Below, piece after piece: positions 1 to 10,016 of a stretch of 56,706 nt of DNA. Under the pieces are notes generated by a model. It worked only from the letters and a program-made list of their open reading frames with translations, made no database searches and was not told where the DNA came from. Within the stretch, counting starts at the first letter, position 1, and each line of letters opens with the position of its first letter. Source of the DNA: an uncultured virus (IMG/VR IMGVR_UViG_3300020461_000002) (lineage: Duplodnaviria > Heunggongvirae > Uroviricota > Caudoviricetes); the IMG/VR virus record IMGVR_UViG_3300020461_000002; one strand, 5' to 3'. The position numbers were made by a program, and so were the translations under genes.

Positions 1-1
1 C

Positions 2-916
2 AATTTAAAAGGTAAGATTTCCAATAAGGTTTCAAATATAACTAAAGAGCATAAGTTTTTTACAGAGAATGCGGTCTGCCCTACTTGCCGCCAAGATATA
101 GAGGAAGAGTTTCGGTTAAATAGAATTAGTGACGCTCAAGATACAGCAAAAGAACTGAAGAAAGGATTTGATGAACTTGAATCCACTATTAAGTTTGAAC
201 AAGAAAGAGAGCGTCAATTCAATTCCCTAACCAAGGAGATTACAAATTTAACACATGGCATTTCTCAAAACAATACTCGGATTAACCTCGACCAGAGACA
301 AATCAGAGATCTTGAACATGAAATTCAAACTATTACCAGCAACCTGCAGAACAGAAATTCTGAACATGAGAAATTAGAACAGTTTAGGGAAACTCTATCG
401 AAGACAATTGAAGATTTATCAGAAAAAAGACAAGAAATCGTTTATCACGATTTTGCCTATTCTCTACTTAGAGACGATGGTGTAAAGACGAAGATCATCA
501 AAAAGTATCTTCCGTTCATAAATCAACAAGTTAATCGTTATCTTCAGATGATGGATTTCTACATCAACTTCAAACTTGATGAAGAATTTAATGAGACTAT
601 TGAGTCACCAATTCATGAACATTTTTCATATTCTTCATTCAGTGAAGGTGAAAAAATGAGAATTGATCTAGCACTTCTTTTTACTTGGAGGGAAGTTGCC
701 AGAGTAAAAAACTCAGTAAATACAAACTTGTTGATTATGGATGAAGTATTTGATTCTTCTCTTGATGGATTTGGCACAGATGAATTCTTAAAGATTATTA
801 GGTACGTAATCAAGAACGCTAACATCTTTGTTATATCACATAAAGAATCTTTACTAGATAAATTTGACAGTGTGATAAAATTTGACAAGCAAAAAGGATT
901 CAGTACAATGGTATGA
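2..916 (+). CDS. gp46: Recombination endonuclease subunit gp46 (SbcC/Rad50-like), 5'-truncated by window
   Basis: Frame open from base 2; CPTC zinc hook, coiled coil, FSEGEK signature, LLIMDEVFDSSLD Walker B, ISH motif. Confidence 0.95.
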   Translation, partial: NLKGKISNKVSNITKEHKFFTENAVCPTCRQDIEEEFRLNRISDAQDTAKELKKGFDELESTIKFEQERERQFNSLTKEITNLTHGISQNNTRINLDQRQIRDLEHEIQTITSNLQNRNSEHEKLEQFRETLSKTIEDLSEKRQEIVYHDFAYSLLRDDGVKTKIIKKYLPFINQQVNRYLQMMDFYINFKLDEEFNETIESPIHEHFSYSSFSEGEKMRIDLALLFTWREVARVKNSVNTNLLIMDEVFDSSLDGFGTDEFLKIIRYVIKNANIFVISHKESLLDKFDSVIKFDKQKGFSTMV

Positions 917-920
917 TGTT

Positions 921-1118
921 ATGGACTACAAACCCTATTCGCCTGAGTGGCACCGCAAAAGGTATCTTAAAGAAGCAATCGAAACATATTTTGATGACTA
1001 CGTAGATAATGAAATAATCTACGAAGATATCATGGATATTCTAGGTGCTAGGATGTCTGCTGCGATTAACGAGGTTAACAAGGTTCTTGATTTAAAAGAC
1101 AAACTCAAAACGAATTAG
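921..1118 (+). CDS. Hypothetical cyanophage protein
   Basis: ORF MDYKPYSPEWHRKR..., tightly packed after gp46. Confidence 0.7.
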   Translation: MDYKPYSPEWHRKRYLKEAIETYFDDYVDNEIIYEDIMDILGARMSAAINEVNKVLDLKDKLKTN

Positions 1119-1119
1119 T

Positions 1120-1434
1120 ATGCTATCAACCCAATACAGACTCCGACTGGAGTTTATCTGTAAGAAGATCGCTAACAATGAAGAAGTAAAATTAGAGGAC
1201 ATGATCTGGGCAGAGAAACTTGCCAAGGCTCATACAACTGCTAGAGATTGGTTAAACAAAGCACGTCGACAAGCATCACAGAATATTGAGGAAGGTAGTA
1301 CAGATGATTTTCTCAATAGGATGGGATTAGGAGACCCCGACCCATCCAATCACAAAACGGGGTTCGATAGTGCAGATGACATTAAAGATTGGTTTCAACG
1401 AGACAAACCTGATGATTGGAGGCAACGTGACTAG
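1120..1434 (+). CDS. Conserved hypothetical cyanophage protein
   Basis: 104-aa ORF MLSTQYRLRLEFIC...DDWRQRD. Confidence 0.75.
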   Translation: MLSTQYRLRLEFICKKIANNEEVKLEDMIWAEKLAKAHTTARDWLNKARRQASQNIEEGSTDDFLNRMGLGDPDPSNHKTGFDSADDIKDWFQRDKPDDWRQRD

Positions 1435-1582
1435 TAATGTTACAAAAATGAATATTGTGAATAACTTACTAGATAAAATAGGTGAGTTATTAAATGCGAA
1501 AGTGCATCGTCAAGATGTTATAGATTCTACGGGTAATGCTTCAAAAAGAATTATAATCACATACAAGGAGGAAAATGGTTGA
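1427..1582 (+). CDS. Hypothetical protein
   Basis: Short ORF, probable GTG start, overlaps both neighbours. Confidence 0.5.
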   Translation: MTSNVTKMNIVNNLLDKIGELLNAKVHRQDVIDSTGNASKRIIITYKEENG

Positions 1583-1820
1583 CAACACATGCGTAATTTA
1601 TTCTGATGGGAGTCAGGAGTGTGAAAGAGTTGCACAATTGCTCAAATCAATAGGAGGAGAATTTTTAGAGTATCGTTTAGACGAACACTTTAGTCAGCGT
1701 GCATTTGAATCAGAATTTGGAAAGGATGCTACATATCCACAGGTAGCCATCGGTGCTAGGCATGTTGGAAATTTGAAAGAAACCTTGCATCACCTTAAGG
1801 ATCAGGGTGAGTTCGCTTGA
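1575..1820 (+). CDS. Glutaredoxin-like protein
   Basis: IYS..SQEC, TYPQV cis-Pro motif, HVG: Grx fold pattern. Confidence 0.75.
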   Translation: MVDNTCVIYSDGSQECERVAQLLKSIGGEFLEYRLDEHFSQRAFESEFGKDATYPQVAIGARHVGNLKETLHHLKDQGEFA

Positions 1821-1821
1821 T

Positions 1822-1866
1822 AAACTGTCCACTGAGATGTCCTAGGGGTACCTTTGGTTGTATAAT
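1822..1866 (+). promoter_or_regulatory. Early-type promoter with upstream AAACTGTCCAC motif
   Basis: AAACTGTCCAC at 1822; TATAAT at 1861-1866. Confidence 0.6.
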
Positions 1867-1887
1867 AGGTCCATACGCAACATAGCG

Positions 1888-4014
1888 ATGACCATTTCCC
1901 ACGAAATTAAATCTCAACTTGCCAAACTGCTTGCTACTGAGGATCTCATGGTTGAGCATCGTCATGTTGAGACTGCACAGTTCAATGTCCACACTCGCGT
2001 TCTGACGCTGCCTGTGTGGGAAAAAGCAAGTGCTGATGTATATGATATGTTGGTTGCCCATGAGGTAGGACACGCTCTTTATACACCCAATAGAGATTGG
2101 TTTAAAGAGGTTGAGATATCTCCTCAATTTGTGAACATTGTTGAGGATGTTCGCATTGAAAAGATGATGAAGCGTCGATATGGTGGCATCTCTAAGACTT
2201 TTTATCGTGGTTATAATGAACTCTTCGATGAAGATTTCTTCTGCCTTGAGAATGAAGACGTATCTAAAATGAATCTTGCAGATCGTATAAATCTGCATTT
2301 TAAAATTGGCAATTTTGTAGATATTCCTTTTGATGAATATCTGGAGATGCCTATTGTTCGCATGATTGATGGATGCGAAGATTTTGATGATGTTCTTCTT
2401 GCAGCAGAAGCATTATACAAGTTCTGTAAGCAAGAGATGCAGAATAATCAAAATCCACAGCAAGATAATGAGGTTGAGCAATCTGGTTCTTCAAGTGATT
2501 CAAGTCCTCAAGTTCCAAATCCCACAACTGAGGGAGATCAATCTGAAAACGAGGATCAAGAAGAACCTGGCGAAACCGATTCATATGGTGGAACTGCTGA
2601 AGCAGAAGATGATGTTGGTGGTGAAACTGCGGGCAATGATGAACCAGAAGCAAAGACTGCAGATACTCTTGATCAAGCATTGAAAGATCTTGCTAGCTAT
2701 ACTGGTGAAGAGAACGTTTATCTTGAAGTTCCTAAACTGAACTTGGATAAAGTTATCATTGCTAATTCAGATCTTCATGAAAAATGTTCTGATGCATGGA
2801 ATGCATCTATTGAAAGGGCTGATGAAGATACTAGTATATTTAATATTGTTGATGAACAATTCATTAAATTCAAACGTTCGGCACAGAAGGAAGTCAACTA
2901 TCTTGTAAAGGAGTTTGAGTGCAAGAAAGCAGCAGACTCTTATGCTCGCGCTACTACCGCACGATCTGGTATTCTGGACTGCTCTAAACTACACACTTAC
3001 AAATACAATGAAGATCTCTTCAAAAAAGTAACTACTCTTGCTGATGGTAAGAATCATGGTTTGGTGTTTGTTCTAGATTGGTCTGGATCTATGCAAGACG
3101 TGATGATGGATACAATTAAGCAACTTTATAATCTGATTTGGTTCTGTAAGAAGGTATCTATTCCTTTTGATGTTTATGCCTTTACAAGTGATTATCCTCG
3201 CTTTGATCCTCGGGAAGGACGTGATTGGCAATATGATCGTAAGGATGGAACACTTCATGTTCCTGATTATTTTTCAATGATGAATCTTTTCACCAGCAAA
3301 ACTAATGGGAAAACTTTAGAGGTACAGATGAAGAATATTTTCAGAGTTGCATATTCATTCCGTCATTATTGTGGATATTTTACTCCATATGGTTTAGGTC
3401 TCTCTGGGACACCTTTAAATGAATCTCTAGTTTCTCTGTATCAAATTCTTCCTAAATTTAAGCAAGATCATAAACTGCAAAAAGTTCAGTGTGTGATTCT
3501 CACTGATGGTGATGGGTGTATGACAAAGTATGATCGGGAACTTCAACGTCGTTGGGAGGATGAACCCTTCATTGGCACTGCATCAATTCGTCATAATGCA
3601 TTTCTTCGCAATCGCAAAACTGGGAATACTTATTCTCTTGATTGTCCGTGGTATGAGTTTACCGATATTCTCCTTCGTGATTTGAAGGAAACCTTTAAAA
3701 ATATTAATTTTATTGGTATGCGTATTATGGCAGGTAGAGATGCTGGATCTTTCATTCGCCGTTATTGTGGTTATTATGGTGATGAGTTTGAAAGAAATAT
3801 GAATTCTTGGAAGAAGGTAAAATCCTGCACAATCACCACCTCTGGGTATCATAAATATTTTGGACTCTCATCTCAGCATATTTCTCAGGAAACTGATTTT
3901 GATGTAAAAGAAGATGCAACTAAAGCACAGATCAAAAGTGCCTTTAAGAAATCTCTTTCAACCAAAAAGATGAATAAGAAAGTGTTGAGTGAATTTGTAG
4001 AACTTATCGCATAA
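1888..4014 (+). CDS. CobT-like metallopeptidase/VWA-domain protein
   Basis: HEVGH zincin motif, acidic linker, VWA MIDAS DWSGS, LSGTPL, ILTDG. Confidence 0.85.
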   Translation: MTISHEIKSQLAKLLATEDLMVEHRHVETAQFNVHTRVLTLPVWEKASADVYDMLVAHEVGHALYTPNRDWFKEVEISPQFVNIVEDVRIEKMMKRRYGGISKTFYRGYNELFDEDFFCLENEDVSKMNLADRINLHFKIGNFVDIPFDEYLEMPIVRMIDGCEDFDDVLLAAEALYKFCKQEMQNNQNPQQDNEVEQSGSSSDSSPQVPNPTTEGDQSENEDQEEPGETDSYGGTAEAEDDVGGETAGNDEPEAKTADTLDQALKDLASYTGEENVYLEVPKLNLDKVIIANSDLHEKCSDAWNASIERADEDTSIFNIVDEQFIKFKRSAQKEVNYLVKEFECKKAADSYARATTARSGILDCSKLHTYKYNEDLFKKVTTLADGKNHGLVFVLDWSGSMQDVMMDTIKQLYNLIWFCKKVSIPFDVYAFTSDYPRFDPREGRDWQYDRKDGTLHVPDYFSMMNLFTSKTNGKTLEVQMKNIFRVAYSFRHYCGYFTPYGLGLSGTPLNESLVSLYQILPKFKQDHKLQKVQCVILTDGDGCMTKYDRELQRRWEDEPFIGTASIRHNAFLRNRKTGNTYSLDCPWYEFTDILLRDLKETFKNINFIGMRIMAGRDAGSFIRRYCGYYGDEFERNMNSWKKVKSCTITTSGYHKYFGLSSQHISQETDFDVKEDATKAQIKSAFKKSLSTKKMNKKVLSEFVELIA

Positions 4015-4018
4015 ATTT

Positions 4019-4237
4019 ATGAATACCGTACCAGATTTTACTCCTGATGAAATGGATCCTAGTGAGTTAGATCCTGATAAAGTTTTCCCTATGATTGATA
4101 AACTTGGAATTCAATTTGTAGAAATTACACATGGAATGCCATCCCACGCTGCAAGAATTGCTGAAGAAGATCAACGGGAATTGGATGATGCTGTGGAATT
4201 TTATAAAAACGTAAAGAAAGGGGAAACTGATGGATAA
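4019..4237 (+). CDS. Hypothetical protein
   Basis: 72-aa ORF in operon context. Confidence 0.6.
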   Translation: MNTVPDFTPDEMDPSELDPDKVFPMIDKLGIQFVEITHGMPSHAARIAEEDQRELDDAVEFYKNVKKGETDG

Positions 4238-4451
4238 AAATTGGAGACATGAATACTTAGAGATGAAACCTGGTTTATCAAAATTTCAAATCTCATTATT
4301 GGAAAATGGACCTCAACAGTTAGCACAAGCATGGCTATTGGGGGCAATGCATCAAGATTACAAAAGGATTAAGGGAATAAAGGAACCACCTAGTAAAGAA
4401 TCAGGAAACCAGACATCATTCAAAGAATGGAGTAGACAGACCTATAAATAA
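4230..4451 (+). CDS. Hypothetical cyanophage protein
   Basis: 73-aa ORF overlapping upstream stop. Confidence 0.65.
   Translation: MDKNWRHEYLEMKPGLSKFQISLLENGPQQLAQAWLLGAMHQDYKRIKGIKEPPSKESGNQTSFKEWSRQTYK
4443..4450 (+). promoter_or_regulatory. T4-type late promoter
   Basis: Exact TATAAATA ending 24 nt before the ATG at 4475. Confidence 0.7.
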
Positions 4452-4474
4452 TAAAAAACTATCTTTTTAGAATA

Positions 4475-4750
4475 ATGAGCAGATTCGGAGATTTACTTAG
4501 AGGCGGACCACCCGCTCCAAAGGTTGAGGCAATACCTGTTCCTGAACCTGTTGTAGAAGAAAGTCCAGATGTTGTGGAGGAAGATCTTGTAGAAGAAGAA
4601 ACTCCTGAGACTGATGTATCTTTGGATGATATGACTAAGAAAGAACTTGAAGAGTATGGCAGAACTATTGGTGTTGAATTAGATAGACGCCGTAGTAAAG
4701 AAACTTTGATTGGAGAACTTAGAGAAGCAATTTATAAAGGCGATCTCTGA
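4475..4750 (+). CDS. Acidic hypothetical protein with possible C-terminal helix-extension-helix domain
   Basis: DDMTKKELEEYGRTIGVELDRRRSKETLI resembles HeH/Rho-N motifs. Confidence 0.6.
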   Translation: MSRFGDLLRGGPPAPKVEAIPVPEPVVEESPDVVEEDLVEEETPETDVSLDDMTKKELEEYGRTIGVELDRRRSKETLIGELREAIYKGDL

Positions 4751-4772
4751 TCCAGTTTTCAAACTGTCTACT

Positions 4773-4796
4773 GGGGGTCTCTGGACCCCCTTTTTT
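4773..4796 (+). terminator. Rho-independent terminator overlapping an early promoter (TATAAT 4801-4806)
   Basis: GGGGGTC-TCTG-GACCCCC followed by T6. Confidence 0.85.
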
Positions 4797-4830
4797 ATTG
4801 TATAATTACTTCAGTTAAGCAAACAAACCA

Positions 4831-5904
4831 ATGGCACTCTCTGCCGAATACATTCGCACTTCACTTCAAAACCTTTACGGTGAGTCTGTTACTACTGGCG
4901 ACATCCGTGCATGGTGTGCCATGAATGGAACTGCTTACGCTACTGTGACTAAGAAACTTGACGAGTATAAAGTTGGTCGTGGTAAGTGGAATCTTGAAGT
5001 AACAAAAGAGACTGTTGAAGAACTTGAAGTAAGTTATAATGCTCCCGCTGTAGAAAATCTTATTCCCCAGAAAGATGATTCCTTCGTCCGCTTTGGTAAC
5101 TTCGCTGATATTAAAAAAATTATTGAATCCCGTGTATTCTATCCATCGTTCATCACTGGTCTTTCTGGAAACGGTAAAACGTTCTCGGTTGAGCAAGCAT
5201 GTGCTCAATTGGGTAGGGAACTTATCCGTGTAAACATTACGATTGAAACAGATGAGGATGACCTTATTGGCGGTTTCCGTCTTATCAATGGTGACACTGT
5301 ATGGCATAATGGACCTGTCATTGAAGCACTTGAAAGAGGGGCAATCCTTCTGCTTGACGAAATCGATCTTGCCTCAAACAAAATTCTTTGTTTGCAGTCC
5401 ATTCTTGAGGGGAAAGGTGTCTTCTTGAAGAAGATTGGCCGTTTTGTTAAACCCACCAAAGGATTTAACGTTATTGCCACTGCAAACACCAAGGGTAAGG
5501 GTTCTGAAGATGGAAGGTTTATCGGTACCAACGTGCTTAATGAGGCATTCCTGGAGCGTTTCCCTGTGACCTTTGAGCAGGAATATCCTACTGTTGCTAC
5601 CGAGACCAAGATCCTCAACAAACTTTGTGCGGATGATAACTTCTGCAAGCGACTTGCTGACTGGGCAGACATCATCCGTAAGACCTTCTATGATGGTGGA
5701 ATTGAAGAAATCATCAGTACCCGCCGTCTGGTTCATATTGTCCAGGCATACAACATCTTTGGTGATAAAGCAAAGGCAATTCAAGTTTGTGTGAATCGTT
5801 TCGATGATGAGACTAAGCAAGCATTCTTGGAACTGTATGATAAGGTTGATGCAGACTTTGAGATGCCCGAAGCAAGCAATGTTGTCAAACTAGTAAATGA
5901 GTGA
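4831..5904 (+). CDS. cobS: CobS-like MoxR-type AAA+ ATPase
   Basis: Walker A GLSGNGKT, Walker B LLLDEID, ATANTKG, NEAFLERF, ISTRRL. Confidence 0.9.
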   Translation: MALSAEYIRTSLQNLYGESVTTGDIRAWCAMNGTAYATVTKKLDEYKVGRGKWNLEVTKETVEELEVSYNAPAVENLIPQKDDSFVRFGNFADIKKIIESRVFYPSFITGLSGNGKTFSVEQACAQLGRELIRVNITIETDEDDLIGGFRLINGDTVWHNGPVIEALERGAILLLDEIDLASNKILCLQSILEGKGVFLKKIGRFVKPTKGFNVIATANTKGKGSEDGRFIGTNVLNEAFLERFPVTFEQEYPTVATETKILNKLCADDNFCKRLADWADIIRKTFYDGGIEEIISTRRLVHIVQAYNIFGDKAKAIQVCVNRFDDETKQAFLELYDKVDADFEMPEASNVVKLVNE

Positions 5905-6382
5905 TATAATAACTAATACTTGGAGTTTTCTTTATGATGCTATGAATGAAGATAAAATTGATTTTACAGATGAACACTGCACCGAATTTATTAGAATGCA
6001 TTCTAATTCTGATTACATGGAATCCTTTGACTATGGAAATACCGTATCCAATGTTGACAAAATTGAATTTAATTTAACTATGAACAACAACCCCAATCAC
6101 TATAAGTATAGTGAGGATACTATCCTTAAAGAATTGAGAGATTATATTACTGGCACATACAATCAACATTATGCTGCTGGTGATGATAAAATTCAAACAC
6201 TTGATTTGATTGAAGCTTGTGGTGATGGTGAATCCTTTTGCCGCAGCAATATCCTTAAGTATGCCTCTCGTTATGATAAGAAAGGCACTGCCCGACGTGA
6301 CATTATGAAGATCCTGCACTATGCTGTTCTTTTAATGCACTTCAACGACAAGAACGCCAAACGTGAGACTTACCCACAATGA
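5897..6382 (+). CDS. DUF3310-like protein (SaV/T7 gp1.7-like); start uncertain
   Basis: HY...IQTLDLI...FCRSNILKYASRYDKKG...DIMKILHY. Confidence 0.65.
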   Translation: MSDIITNTWSFLYDAMNEDKIDFTDEHCTEFIRMHSNSDYMESFDYGNTVSNVDKIEFNLTMNNNPNHYKYSEDTILKELRDYITGTYNQHYAAGDDKIQTLDLIEACGDGESFCRSNILKYASRYDKKGTARRDIMKILHYAVLLMHFNDKNAKRETYPQ

Positions 6383-7065
6383 TGAAACTTCGCCCTTCTA
6401 TGAAACTCTCTGATCAAACTATTTCTGTTCTTAAAAACTTTTCTAACATCAATCAATCGATTGTATTTAAAAACGGTCAAAAACTTCGCACTATTAGTGT
6501 GATGAAAAACATTCTTGCTGAAGCAACTATCACAGAAGAATTTTCAAAAGATTTTGCTATCTATGACCTCAATCAGTTTCTCAATGGTTTGAGTACGTTC
6601 AATACTCCAGAATTAGATTTTGCTAATGATGGATATGTTGTAATGCGTGAAGGTAAGATGCGTTCCAAGTATTTCTTTGCTGATCCAAACGTTATTATTA
6701 CGCCTCCAGAAAAGGACATCAACCTTCCCTCTGAAGATGTATGTTTTGAATTGAGTACTGAGCAACTTGATAAACTACTTAAAGCAGCTGCTGTATATCA
6801 ACTTCCAGATCTTTCTGCCGTTGGTGATAATGGTGTTGTGAAACTTGTTGTTCGTGATAAAAAGAATGATACTTCTAACGATTTCGCAATCGTTGTTGGT
6901 GAAACTGATGCAAACTTCTCTCTTAATTTTAAGGTAGAGAATATCAAAGTTCTTCCTGGTACTTATGAGGTAGTTGTATCTAAGAAACTTCTTTCTAAAT
7001 TTACTAGTAAAAACCATGATTTGGTTTATTACATTGCCCTAGAACCAGACTCAACTTATGAATGA
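6379..7065 (+). CDS. gp45: DNA polymerase sliding clamp
   Basis: MKLS..T..LKNFS.IN, FAIYDLNQFL, YYIALE; position upstream of gp44. Confidence 0.95.
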   Translation: MMKLRPSMKLSDQTISVLKNFSNINQSIVFKNGQKLRTISVMKNILAEATITEEFSKDFAIYDLNQFLNGLSTFNTPELDFANDGYVVMREGKMRSKYFFADPNVIITPPEKDINLPSEDVCFELSTEQLDKLLKAAAVYQLPDLSAVGDNGVVKLVVRDKKNDTSNDFAIVVGETDANFSLNFKVENIKVLPGTYEVVVSKKLLSKFTSKNHDLVYYIALEPDSTYE

Positions 7066-7528
7066 ATGGAAAGAATGGAAAGAAAAATTTGAAGCATTGT
7101 CAGAAGAGGAGTTAGAAAAACTAGCAATTCTTCGTGTTATGGAATGTACCAATGGTATTATTCAGTATGCACATAGAGACAATACTTCCTATAAACTTCC
7201 TATAGAAGAAACACGTAGAGCAATGCAATTCAGTATGGGTTGTATTAAGCGTATGGAAATTCCTCTAGGTGATAAATCAATTACCTTTGATGACAATACT
7301 AAGGAATTATTCAATGAGGTTCGCCGTCTTTATATGAGCGGTGCAAAAAATGGTAATGATGATGATTATGAAAAGTTCATGACAATATCTACCATTATGA
7401 TTAATGTTCTTGGTAAAGAAAGGATTATTAGTGCAAAGGAAAAACTGGCACAACATATTACTGAAATTGACCCAGACAAATTAAACTGGGGTGTAGAGTA
7501 TATGTTCCAATACTTGCAAACCAAATGA
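7058..7528 (+). CDS. Hypothetical protein
   Basis: 156-aa ORF coupled to both neighbours. Confidence 0.7.
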   Translation: MNEWKEWKEKFEALSEEELEKLAILRVMECTNGIIQYAHRDNTSYKLPIEETRRAMQFSMGCIKRMEIPLGDKSITFDDNTKELFNEVRRLYMSGAKNGNDDDYEKFMTISTIMINVLGKERIISAKEKLAQHITEIDPDKLNWGVEYMFQYLQTK

Positions 7529-8052
7529 ATATTTTTGCTACGGATCAATGTCCACGAAAATCCGCACAAGTTCTTCCAGATAAGCATGTAGTTAAAATGC
7601 CACTGGAGAGTTGTCAGATGCTTAGTATTATCTTTTCAAAGTGGTACTATGATTGGGGTACAATTCCCAAATCTGATGGAGAACCATATGCAACTAAAAA
7701 AGGAGCATTTCGGAATCATCCATCAACCAAGTGGGCAGCAGAAAGTATCTACAATACTGCTTGGTTGATCCAGCATGGATGTGCTTTGGCAAGTGAATAT
7801 AACGAACGGTATGGAAAGATCCATACATGTACAACTGCATTGTTTGAGGCAAAAAAGTTATTTCATCGCAAGGCAGAAAAAGCAATTACATGCTATTCAA
7901 TGGCAACTAATTTTTCCCGTGCCATGCCAGATGAATTCAAGTATGATAAAAGCATTGATACATTCACTGCTTATAAAAGATACATTGCATCTAAACCTTG
8001 GGTAAAGGATAATTATTTGCGTATTCCTGAGCGTAAACCAGAGTGGGTATGA
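7525..8052 (+). CDS. Pyrimidine-dimer DNA glycosylase-like protein
   Basis: MNIF...DKHVVKMPLESCQML, HPST.W, EY..RYGKIH, AMPDEFK. Confidence 0.7.
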   Translation: MNIFATDQCPRKSAQVLPDKHVVKMPLESCQMLSIIFSKWYYDWGTIPKSDGEPYATKKGAFRNHPSTKWAAESIYNTAWLIQHGCALASEYNERYGKIHTCTTALFEAKKLFHRKAEKAITCYSMATNFSRAMPDEFKYDKSIDTFTAYKRYIASKPWVKDNYLRIPERKPEWV

Positions 8053-8603
8053 CTGTTACTAAAATATTTCCTTTAGATTTTTTTATTAAAATTAGACCAC
8101 CTAACTTTCAGGAAATTTTATCTGAGGTTAATAAGATAGAATCTAAAGTTGATTTGAATGAAAAAAATGATCATTCTTGGGGAGGTAATTGTAATGTAAA
8201 AACTGTATCCTTATATAGAGATAAATGGGTACGTTTTTTAAATCCTGCAATAAAACAATTCAGTATTCAGGTAGGCATAAATCATCCAGTTTCAATTGAT
8301 GATCCCTGGATAAATTTTTATAAAAGAAATTATTTTCAGGAAGTTCATCATCATGTTAATTCTGATTTTGCCACAGTTTTATTCTTAAACTCTGGAGAAA
8401 ATTTCGCAGAGTTTTATTTTAAAAATAGATTGGTAGGATTAATTCCTCCAAAGATTAACGAACTTGCTGGTATTGGAGATTCGTGGTATCCTTCTATTGA
8501 ACCTGGAGATATGTTATTTTTCCCTTCATATCTTTTGCATGGAGTATCTCCTCATCAAAGTGATGAGATTAGAAAAACTTTATCCTTTAATATAACGATA
8601 TAG
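8049..8603 (+). CDS. 2OG-Fe(II) oxygenase (TIGR02466-like)
   Basis: WINFY..QEVHHH, GDMLFFPSYLLHGV, RKTLSFN. Confidence 0.85.
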   Translation: MTVTKIFPLDFFIKIRPPNFQEILSEVNKIESKVDLNEKNDHSWGGNCNVKTVSLYRDKWVRFLNPAIKQFSIQVGINHPVSIDDPWINFYKRNYFQEVHHHVNSDFATVLFLNSGENFAEFYFKNRLVGLIPPKINELAGIGDSWYPSIEPGDMLFFPSYLLHGVSPHQSDEIRKTLSFNITI

Positions 8604-8605
8604 TT

Positions 8606-8929
8606 ATGGAACCTGATCCATATATTCAATTTCTTGAAAACTGGATACCGGGAATAGGTGAAGATACTAAACTTCACGACCAACTTCATATACATTTTGA
8701 TCTTGGTTTTAGTATCAATGATGAAGCTAAACTTCTTGGGTTTCAGTTAGGACACCATCCTGCTGGAAATTTTTTCCATGTTATGGTATTCTGTATAATG
8801 AGTGTTACGATATATCCAAAAGATTATCGTAACAGTTTGAAAGATTTGCAAGATTTTTATAGAGCATATTTGCTCGGAAAATACTGGCAATCTGTATCCT
8901 ATTGGTTTATTCCTAAAACAATATTATGA
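8606..8929 (+). CDS. Hypothetical protein
   Basis: 107-aa ORF, ATGA overlap with gp44. Confidence 0.6.
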   Translation: MEPDPYIQFLENWIPGIGEDTKLHDQLHIHFDLGFSINDEAKLLGFQLGHHPAGNFFHVMVFCIMSVTIYPKDYRNSLKDLQDFYRAYLLGKYWQSVSYWFIPKTIL

Positions 8930-9867
8930 GTGATTTCATTTGGGTTGAGAAGTATCGACCACAAACAATTGAAGATTGTATTCTCCCTGAGTCTACTAAA
9001 AAAACTTTTAAAGATTTCCTAGATAAAGGAGAGATTCCTAACATGCTTCTTGCTGGTCCTCCAGGCATTGGAAAGACCACAGTAGCAAAGGCACTTTGCA
9101 AAGAACTGGAGGTAGATTATTATGTCATCAATGGATCCGATGAGGGACGTTTTCTCGATACGGTCAGAAACAATGCGAGAAATTTCGCTTCGACCGTCTC
9201 GCTTACGGCAACTTCTAAACACAAAGTCATCATCATTGACGAAGCTGACAACACATCCAACGATGTACAACTCTGCTTACGGGCGTTTATTGAGGAGTTT
9301 GCTAGTAACTGCAGATTCATCTTCACCTGCAACTACAAAAACAAAATCCTTGAACCCCTCCATTCCCGTTGTGCCGTTGTGGAATTCGGCATCAGAGGAA
9401 AAGATAGACAAACCATTGCCGCTCAGTTCTTCAAACGTCTCCAAGAAATCTTGGGTGCAGAAGGTGTTGAATATGATAACAAGGTCCTGGTAGAACTTGT
9501 CAATAAACACTTTCCTGATTGGCGTAGAGTTCTCAATGAGTGCCAAAGGTATTCTGTGAGTGGAAAGATTGATTCTGGAATCCTTGCCACGTTCTCTGAT
9601 GTTGCTGTAAATGAATTGGTTAAAAATCTCAAGGTTAAAAACTTTGGTGAAGTCCGAAAGTGGATCGTTAGTAATCTGGATAATGATACTACTGTACTTC
9701 TCCGTCGCATTTATGACTCTCTTTACGACGCCTTGGTTCCTGGCAGCATTCCTGCTGCTGTCCTTGTTCTCGCTAAGTATCAGTATCAGGGAGCGTTCGT
9801 AGCAGATCAAGAGATCAATATGCTCGCTTGTTTAACTGAAATTATGGTGGAGTGTGAGTTCAAATGA
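8926..9867 (+). CDS. gp44: Clamp loader large subunit
   Basis: WVEKYRP, GPPGIGKT, IIDEAD, SRC, FPDWRR. Confidence 0.96.
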   Translation: MSDFIWVEKYRPQTIEDCILPESTKKTFKDFLDKGEIPNMLLAGPPGIGKTTVAKALCKELEVDYYVINGSDEGRFLDTVRNNARNFASTVSLTATSKHKVIIIDEADNTSNDVQLCLRAFIEEFASNCRFIFTCNYKNKILEPLHSRCAVVEFGIRGKDRQTIAAQFFKRLQEILGAEGVEYDNKVLVELVNKHFPDWRRVLNECQRYSVSGKIDSGILATFSDVAVNELVKNLKVKNFGEVRKWIVSNLDNDTTVLLRRIYDSLYDALVPGSIPAAVLVLAKYQYQGAFVADQEINMLACLTEIMVECEFK

Positions 9868-10016
9868 ATGCTGAAAATCTTTATCAAATAATGATTGCAT
9901 TTTGTTTAGGATGCATGAGTATGTTAATTTTATCGCCTGAAGCAGTTCAGAATTTATACAATTGTGATTCTGGATTTACCGAAAATATAAATTATGTGGA
10001 GAGTGAATTCAAATGA
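9864..10016 (+). CDS. Small hydrophobic protein (50 aa, not in ORF track)
   Basis: MNAENLYQIMIAFCLGCMSMLIL...NYVESEFK; ATGA overlaps at both ends. Confidence 0.6.
   Translation: MNAENLYQIMIAFCLGCMSMLILSPEAVQNLYNCDSGFTENINYVESEFK

Noticed and set aside
1888..5904. Cobalamin biosynthesis role for the cobS/cobT-like pair
   Set aside because: No cobN or other cob genes are present; a MoxR AAA+/VWA chaperone pair typical of T4-like phages is the simpler reading.
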